DNA of 64,000 nucleotides from Mycoplasmatales bacterium (GTDB lineage Bacteria; Bacillota_I; Bacilli_A; CBDATW01): NCBI GenBank assembly GCA_965226165.1, contig CBDDCI010000002.1, positions 656 to 64,655 of the forward strand, read 5' to 3'. Shown piece by piece: positions 57,420 to 64,000 of this stretch (position 1 is its first letter; each line of letters starts with the position of its first letter). The notes under the pieces were generated by a model. It saw only the letters and a program-made list of their open reading frames with translations, ran no database searches and was not told where the DNA came from. The position numbers and the translations under genes were made by a program.

Positions 57420-59950
57420 ACACTAGAATGCAACGTATACAACAACCTCGTACCCAGGCTCTTTCTTCGGGGAAGGAAAGACCCTGGTCGGAGCTGGTCA
57501 CGTGCCACCCAGATTCTGGGTGGTAAATTGAAAAAACACTTAGGGAGGGGTGGTAGAGTATTGCGCTTAGAAAGTTACAACTTGTGTGCGTAATTTTTGA
57601 CGATAAAATTTAAATTTTCTGCAAGAAATCATGAAAGAATTCGTATTTATCATTACATGACTATCTCTATATTAATAATGCGTGTTGGATTACATTAGTC
57701 AAGCGACAAGTTGGATCAGATTTCAGTGGATTCAAGGCCAAGCGCTATGGCGCTTCGCTATAAAGACACTAAAGTGTAAGAGTGTTCTAAACCGCTCGAT
57801 CAAACGAACGATATCTTTATGAGTGTTGATTCTTATCCTAAACACAAAGGATTTACCATGTGAGTTATCTTGAGATGTGGAATTGTTATAAAATGTCGCG
57901 TCCGGTGACCCGCCAGCCGTCAACTGCGTGTTGTAAACATACAAGCACGATACAAGTTTAAGCCGTTTTGGTATCGCTGAAACTCTAGGATAAAAAATTA
58001 TGTCAAAGAAAAGGTCTCTGTTATCAAACCGTATGGTAAATAAAGTCATCCGATGTAGACAAAGTCAAAGACTCCTCCGTGCGTGCGGTACGATTAAGAC
58101 ATTGTAATTATGGCATTGACTACATTGTATAATATGCATATACACAATTATTTCATATTTATTGCAGTAATATACATCAGGCACAATATAAATATTGTAA
58201 AGAGCTTTCATTGTAGCTTGCTGTATCCAAACTATGATAAATTTTAGGTTTTATGTGCATTTTAAAATATTTTTTGTATATATATGTATTTTATTATGCC
58301 CTGCTGTAGTGAGATATGGCTCATAACTAAATATATACATTATTTTATCATCTAACAGTGCCGCACAGAGATATACAGCCGATCAATAGAAACTTTAAAA
58401 TGCCAATACTTAACTCATCAAATAATGCTATGTATGTTAAAGCTACAGTAGCTTTGCGCATATATAAGGTTTTAATGTGATAATTGTGTATATACCCCTG
58501 ACAAAATGTATGATAGAAAAAATTCTTCGCTAAACCTTATTTGCTGTCATTCCTGTGCCTTTGCATTCACAGAGCAAGATATAAAAGCGAGACTGAATCG
58601 CTATATAATTGTATTGGAAGGTTCTGTGCAATATTTTGCGTTTCCATAGTCAACAAAGGAAAGACACATACAGTTATTTTACAATTTTGTTGTGTGGATT
58701 CTATTCTGTAACACTGTTTGTACCAAATATTGTACCTTTCTGTAGTACTTAGTGTTCAATATAAACGATCAATATTTTTAAATAAAATTAATGACATAAC
58801 AGTCTATATAAGCAGTTTTATTCTAACGATAGAATGGACAATGTTGTGACAATGTTTATTTGGCTACTGTCCAAATGACGTGCGTATAAACATACAGTCG
58901 TTCTGGGGACTTTTAGCAGTTCTGTTGAAATTAACAAGTAAATCAATGCAAAGTTTATTCCGCTTCCAAATAAGAACAATTCAAAACTGACATACTATAT
59001 AAATGATCATGTTTTAATACCAGGTGCAAAGCAGACACGTGTAAAATTATGAATTATGTGCGCCTACTGGTAAAACCCGAGAAAACAATTTCAAAGCATA
59101 CGATCTTACGTTTATATTTCTTGATTTCCTGACTTGTATGTTGCTGTACAAATCTGTTTAACATATAATCATAATTGAAAAGTAAAGATAAATCAAATTA
59201 AGCAAGTATTTTGAAAAATACGTGACTCTCAATGTCAAATATACAGAACACCCACTCCTTGCAATGGAAGTGTAAAATCCGGAAGTGGAAGCATATGTAA
59301 TTTGACACTTTGCCCATACCCCCTTAGGCAATCAATTTTGTAAGCGTCACGTGACCAGCTCCGACCAGGGTCTTTCCTTCCCAGTGAAATGAATATAACT
59401 GGAACGCTACCCCCATTGTTACTGATGGCAAAATCATGAAGCCAAATTTTGCGTGATACTTCACCCAGACACGCGTGTCTGGGTGAAGTATCATGCGAGT
59501 CAGCTTCGCGACAATCCCGCGAACTAATTATGAGGAGCGAGCGAACGACGAACGTACAACGTGGCGGCAGACGTGAGTCCCAAGGGAGAGTAAATTTGCC
59601 GTTTGTTTAAAGCACCACTTATCGGTGCTCATATTCGCACAAAAAGTATCATTTATGGTTGTGCATTCCCATATAAAGGTCGGTGAAAAGAAGAAATATC
59701 ATTAGAAATCTGTTATTCAGCTATAATCTAATAAGAGTTTTGCATCGTCGTAAAATACTTTTTCATTCAGTTTTGTCCGGTCGCATTAAAACAACATTAA
59801 AAATGTTTTGTTTTGGCCGTGTTGAGCTTTGCGTGGAAAGACTGGGAACGAAAAGCTTCACATTTCCCGCCTGAGGTAGCATTCCATTTATATTCATTTC
59901 ACTGTTCCTTCCCCGAAGAAAGAGCCTGGGTACGAGGTTGCGTATACAAC
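57420..59950. mobile_element. TIR-bounded element remnant (~2.5 kb). The right TIR is split by a ~480 bp insertion.
   Basis: 57425-57545 (caacctcgtacccaggctctttcttcggggaaggaaagaccctggtcggagctggtcacgtg) is reverse-complemented in two pieces at 59880-59950 and 59330-59395. Confidence 0.5.
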
Positions 59951-60063
59951 AGGCCATAGACGCCATAGAATCCCTCAATTATGGAAAAAAGAATAAACAG
60001 TGTCAACTCAGCCAATGCTCTTTCTTTTTTTTTAGATCTGAAAAAATATTTAAAGGTAATCCA

Positions 60064-63000
60064 ATGGCATCCAAAACCAACATAGATTATTTCAAAAAAT
60101 GTTTTGAAATGAGCAATTCAAATCGCGACCCGTTAGGTATAGCAAATTACCATGTGGGCGACGTTTACTTCAGTTCAGGCAAGTATGAAACGGCTATTAA
60201 GTACTATAAAAAAAGTTTAGAAATTTACACTGAAATTGGCCATATGACGGGAAGAATTACAAACAATTTAAAATTAAGCATTGCCCACTTAAATTTAGCG
60301 CAATACCATACAGCTATAAAATATTGTAAAAACAGTTTAGAAATAAGCACTACTTCTGGCCGGTCATCAGGAATAGCTAAAAGCAATTACCTCTTAGGTA
60401 TCGTTTATTGTCGTATTGAAAAGTATAAAGAAGCAAGTAACTGTTTTAAAGAAGGCTTAAAAATAAGCAGTGCCATTGGCGATCAGTCAGAAATAGCAAG
60501 TAACAATGGCAATTTGGGCAATGCCTATCTCAGTTTGGGAGAATATAAAAAAGCAATTAGATGTTATGAAAAGGGTTTAGAAATAAGCAGTTCCATTAAC
60601 GATCAGTCAGGAATAGCAAGTAACAATGGCAATTTGGGCAATGCCTATCTCAGTTTGGAAGAATATCAAAAAGCAATTGAATATTGCAAAAAAGGTTTAG
60701 AAATAAGCACTGCCATTGGTGATCAGTCAGAAATAGCACGTAACAATGGATATTTGGGCAATGCCTATCACAATTTACGAGAATATCAAAGGGCAATTAA
60801 ACATTGGGAAAAAGGTTTAGAAATAAGCACTGCCATTGGCGATCAGTCAGGAATAGCAAGTAACAGTGTCAATTTGGGCTATGCCCATCGTAAATTGGGA
60901 AAATATCAAACAGCAATTAAGTATTACGAAAAAGGTTTAGAAATAAGCACTGCCGTTGGCGATCGGTCAGGAATAGCAAGTAACAATGGCAACTTGGGCA
61001 ATACCTATCACTATTTGGGAGAATATAAAAAAGCAATTAAATATTACAGAAAGAGTTTAGAAATAAGCTGTGTCTTAGGCGATCAGTCAAAAATAGCAAG
61101 TAACTATAACGATTTGGGCGATGCCTATTGCAATTTGGGAGAATATCAAACAGCAATTAAACATCATGAAAAAGGTTTAAAAATAAGCACAGCCATTGGC
61201 GATAAGTCAGGAATAGAAAAAAACAATTGTAATTTGGGCAATGTCTATCACTATTTGGGAGATTTTGAAAACGCAATAAAATATTACGAAAAAAGTTTGG
61301 AAATAAGCATTGCCATTGGAGATCAATCAGGAATAGTAAGAAATAATGGCAATTTGGGCAATACCTATCGCAATTTACGAGAATATAAAAAAGCAATTAA
61401 ATGTTACGAAAAAGGTTTAGAAATAAGCAGTGCCATTGGCGATCAGTCAAGAATAGCAACAAACAATGGCAATTTGGGCATTGCCTACCAATATTTGGGA
61501 GAATATCGAAAAGCAATCAAATATTTCAAAAAAGGTTTAGAAATAAGCACTGCCATTGGCGATCAGTCAGAAGCAGCAAGTAATAATTGCAATCTGGGTA
61601 GCGCCTATCAAAGGTTGGGAGAATATGAAAAAGCAGTTAAATGTTTCGAGAAAGGTTTAAAAATAAGCAGTACCATTGGCGATCAGTCAGGAATAGCAAA
61701 AAACAGTGGCAATTTAGGCAATGCCTATCGCAATTTGGGAGATTATAAAAAAGCAATTAAATATTGCGAAAAAGGGTTAGAAATAAGCAGTGCAATCGAC
61801 GATCAGTCAGAAATAGCAAGAAACAATGCCGAACTGGGCAGCGCCTATCTCAGTTTAGGAGAATATCAAAAAGCTATTAAATATTACGAAAAAGGTTTAA
61901 AGATAAGTACTGCCATTGACGATCAGTCAGGAATAGCAACTAACAATGGAAACTTGGGCAATGCCTATCTTAGTTTGGGAGAATATCAAAAAGCAATTAA
62001 ATATTACGAAAACGGTTTAGAAATAAGCAGTGCCATTGGTAATCAAGTAGAAATAGCAAGTAACAATGGCAATTTGGGTAATGCTTATTTTCATTTAGGA
62101 GAATATCAAAAAGCAATAAAATATTTCGAAAAAAGTTTAGAAATAAGCATTGCCATGGGCGATCAGCATAGAATAGCAAGTAACAATGGCAATTTAGGCA
62201 ATGCCTATCTCAGTTTGGGAGAATATCAAAAAGCAATTAAATATTACGAGAAAGGTTTAGAAATATTCAGTGCCATTGGCCATCAGTCAGGGATAGCAAG
62301 CAACTACGGCAATTTGAGCAATGCCTATCTCAGTTTGGGAGAATATCAAAAAGCAATTGAACTCTCCGAAAAAGGTTTAGAAATAAGCAGTGCCATTGGC
62401 GAACAGTCAAGAATAGCAAGAGACAATGGCAATTTGGGCAATGTCTATCTCAGTTTGGGTGAATATCAAAATGCAATTAGATATTTCGAAAAATGTTTAA
62501 AAATCAGCAATGCCACCGGCGATCAGTCAGGAATAGCTGGCAGCCATAGCAATTTGGGCAATGTCTATCTTGGTTTAGGAGAATATCAAAAAGCAATGAA
62601 ATATTACGAAGAAGGTTTAGAAATAAGCAGTGTCATTGGTGATCAGTCAGCAATAGCAAGTAACTACGTCAATTTAGGCAATGCCTATCTCCGTTCGGGA
62701 GAATATCAAAAAGCACTTAAATGTTACAAAAAAGGTTTAGAAATAAGCAATGCCATTGGTGATCGGTCAAGCATAGCACATCAAAATGGCTGTCTGGGTT
62801 ATGCGTATCTCGATTCAGGAAAATATATTGATGCATCCGCACATCTGAAGGAAGCAATTAGGCTCTTTGATGAAATCTTCTTTAATTTTGTCCCGGATCA
62901 AAATAAACTGTCTTTTATAGATAAGTATTTTCTATGGCATAGCCATTTAATGAGTTGTTTTCTCTCTTTGGAACGGGCTAAATCGGCATTGTTGGCCATT

Positions 63001-64000
63001 GACCTTGGTAAGGCCAAGGAGCTGCATTTCTGCATTGAAAAATATAAGAATTGTCCGGACACGGAAATGAACGATTTCGCACGTACTACATGGAATAGAG
63101 TCAGGGCCTGCGAAGAGGAAATAGAAATCGAAGAAATTCAACAAATTTTGCACGTGGCGAAAAGTGATAGTTCGGTATTGGTATTTGCATTTGACCACAA
63201 AGAGGTTCTTAACATCTGGGTATTAAACGACGGTTTTGTATTTCGGAAAGTAGATGCTGGAAGGGAAACAATTCTTTCTCTGATGGTACATCTTCTTGAA
63301 ATGGTAAATGTTATTGTCGGTCGTAATTCTTCGTTTCAAGAAAATGTTTCAGTTATGAATACCTATAATCCCGTAAATTTTCCGTTAGAAATCTTAAGTC
63401 GAAAACCACAGCCTAAAAGTGCAGCTGGAAAGATTTCTAACTTTGGTAGCAATCTTGCTCAAGAAATTTTAGAAGAATTGTTTCAACTTCTAATTGATCC
63501 TGTAAAAGATTTTCTGAAAGGCAACAAGCTAATTGTTGTCCCTGACAAGCAATTGTTTTTTGCTCCGTTTTCTTCTTTGGCTGATGAAAATGGTGATTTT
63601 CTCACTTCCAAATACAGCATTCAAATTACGCCTTCTTTGCATACCTTAAAGGCTAGCATGCAACGAGCCCATGACTCAAACATTGGTTTCGCATTGTTTA
63701 TTGGAAATCCAACCGTTGATAAAATTTCCTTAAACGGAGAAGTATTTACACCCCTACCTGGTGCAGCTGAAGAGGTAAAATATCTTGCAGATTTTTTCCA
63801 GGCTAAACCTTTATTGGGAAGTGAGGCGAAAAAACAAGTAGTTACGCAACATCTTAGTGAGGCTAGTATAATCCATATTGCTGCCCATGCAGAATCAAAG
63901 AGAGGTGAAATAATACTTGCCCCAAACACTTGTCATAACCAGCCAAACCCAGAATCATTTCTTCTCACACAGAAGGATATTACAGGTATTTCAGTGCAAG
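60064..64000 (+). CDS. TPR-repeat protein with a C-terminal CHAT (caspase-like) domain. 5' partial gene that runs beyond the window end.
   Basis: Uninterrupted plus-strand ORF from the ATG at 60064 to the window end. It holds about 20 tandem 40-aa units (GDQSGIASNNGNLGNAYLSLGEYQKAIKYYEKGLEIS) followed by CHAT hallmarks (LIVVPDKQLFFAPFSSL, ASIIHIAAHAESKRGEIIL). A CCAAT box lies at ~60020. Confidence 0.8.
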   Translation, partial: MASKTNIDYFKKCFEMSNSNRDPLGIANYHVGDVYFSSGKYETAIKYYKKSLEIYTEIGHMTGRITNNLKLSIAHLNLAQYHTAIKYCKNSLEISTTSGRSSGIAKSNYLLGIVYCRIEKYKEASNCFKEGLKISSAIGDQSEIASNNGNLGNAYLSLGEYKKAIRCYEKGLEISSSINDQSGIASNNGNLGNAYLSLEEYQKAIEYCKKGLEISTAIGDQSEIARNNGYLGNAYHNLREYQRAIKHWEKGLEISTAIGDQSGIASNSVNLGYAHRKLGKYQTAIKYYEKGLEISTAVGDRSGIASNNGNLGNTYHYLGEYKKAIKYYRKSLEISCVLGDQSKIASNYNDLGDAYCNLGEYQTAIKHHEKGLKISTAIGDKSGIEKNNCNLGNVYHYLGDFENAIKYYEKSLEISIAIGDQSGIVRNNGNLGNTYRNLREYKKAIKCYEKGLEISSAIGDQSRIATNNGNLGIAYQYLGEYRKAIKYFKKGLEISTAIGDQSEAASNNCNLGSAYQRLGEYEKAVKCFEKGLKISSTIGDQSGIAKNSGNLGNAYRNLGDYKKAIKYCEKGLEISSAIDDQSEIARNNAELGSAYLSLGEYQKAIKYYEKGLKISTAIDDQSGIATNNGNLGNAYLSLGEYQKAIKYYENGLEISSAIGNQVEIASNNGNLGNAYFHLGEYQKAIKYFEKSLEISIAMGDQHRIASNNGNLGNAYLSLGEYQKAIKYYEKGLEIFSAIGHQSGIASNYGNLSNAYLSLGEYQKAIELSEKGLEISSAIGEQSRIARDNGNLGNVYLSLGEYQNAIRYFEKCLKISNATGDQSGIAGSHSNLGNVYLGLGEYQKAMKYYEEGLEISSVIGDQSAIASNYVNLGNAYLRSGEYQKALKCYKKGLEISNAIGDRSSIAHQNGCLGYAYLDSGKYIDASAHLKEAIRLFDEIFFNFVPDQNKLSFIDKYFLWHSHLMSCFLSLERAKSALLAIDLGKAKELHFCIEKYKNCPDTEMNDFARTTWNRVRACEEEIEIEEIQQILHVAKSDSSVLVFAFDHKEVLNIWVLNDGFVFRKVDAGRETILSLMVHLLEMVNVIVGRNSSFQENVSVMNTYNPVNFPLEILSRKPQPKSAAGKISNFGSNLAQEILEELFQLLIDPVKDFLKGNKLIVVPDKQLFFAPFSSLADENGDFLTSKYSIQITPSLHTLKASMQRAHDSNIGFALFIGNPTVDKISLNGEVFTPLPGAAEEVKYLADFFQAKPLLGSEAKKQVVTQHLSEASIIHIAAHAESKRGEIILAPNTCHNQPNPESFLLTQKDITGISVQ

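Noticed and set aside
61157-62179. Track ORFs 61157-61396 (-), 61401-61583 (+) and 61997-62179 (-) inside the TPR-CHAT gene.
   Set aside because: They are antisense or off-frame readings of the 120-bp tandem TPR units. The real coding frame is the long uninterrupted plus-strand ORF from 60064. The track omits it because it has no stop within the window.

Overview
This window is AT-rich eukaryotic genomic DNA. It appears to come from an invertebrate metazoan-like host, because it holds a TTAGGG-type telomere-like tract, a LINE reverse transcriptase remnant and a TPR-CHAT gene with a CCAAT-type promoter. The dominant content is a cluster of three Polinton/Maverick-like virus-like transposons, each about 13-17 kb. 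Copy 1 is at 1-~9240 on the minus strand, cut off by the window start and partly decayed. Copy 2 is at ~18392-35680 and carries ~0.8 kb TIRs. Copy 3 is at ~36870-50050 and belongs to a divergent lineage. Each copy encodes the Polinton hallmark set: a protein-primed family B DNA polymerase (motifs Dx2SLYP, KxxxNSxFG, YxDTDS); a retroviral-type rve integrase with a C-terminal chromodomain; an FtsK/A32-like packaging ATPase with a Walker A motif; and an adenovirus-type (adenain/Ulp1-like) cysteine protease with the His...Asp...Cys signature. Each copy also has candidate capsid genes, a small Lys/Gly-rich basic protein, a conserved CxxC...CxxC zinc-ribbon protein, a transmembrane protein and an Asn/Tyr-rich coiled-coil candidate fiber protein. 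Genes are tightly packed, and nearly every start codon sits in a conserved TATATA(A/T)AATG motif. The copies are mosaic, with the integrase and morphogenetic modules showing different relatedness between copies. All three are decaying to different degrees through in-frame stops and frameshifts, mostly in A/T homopolymers. The elements sit in a satellite made of a ~180 bp unit plus ATGAAATTATATGAAA-type microrepeats. The cluster is bracketed by inverted copies of a ~670 bp MITE-like element. The rest of the window holds foldback and palindromic elements, tandem satellites, a LINE RT pseudogene, and the first ~1300 codons of a large TPR-CHAT gene built from near-identical 120-bp units that runs past the window end. 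The supplied ORF track accepts TTG/GTG as starts, so some of its start coordinates are not real ATGs. Its ORFs antisense to the TPR gene, to the polymerase and to the simple repeats are artefacts.
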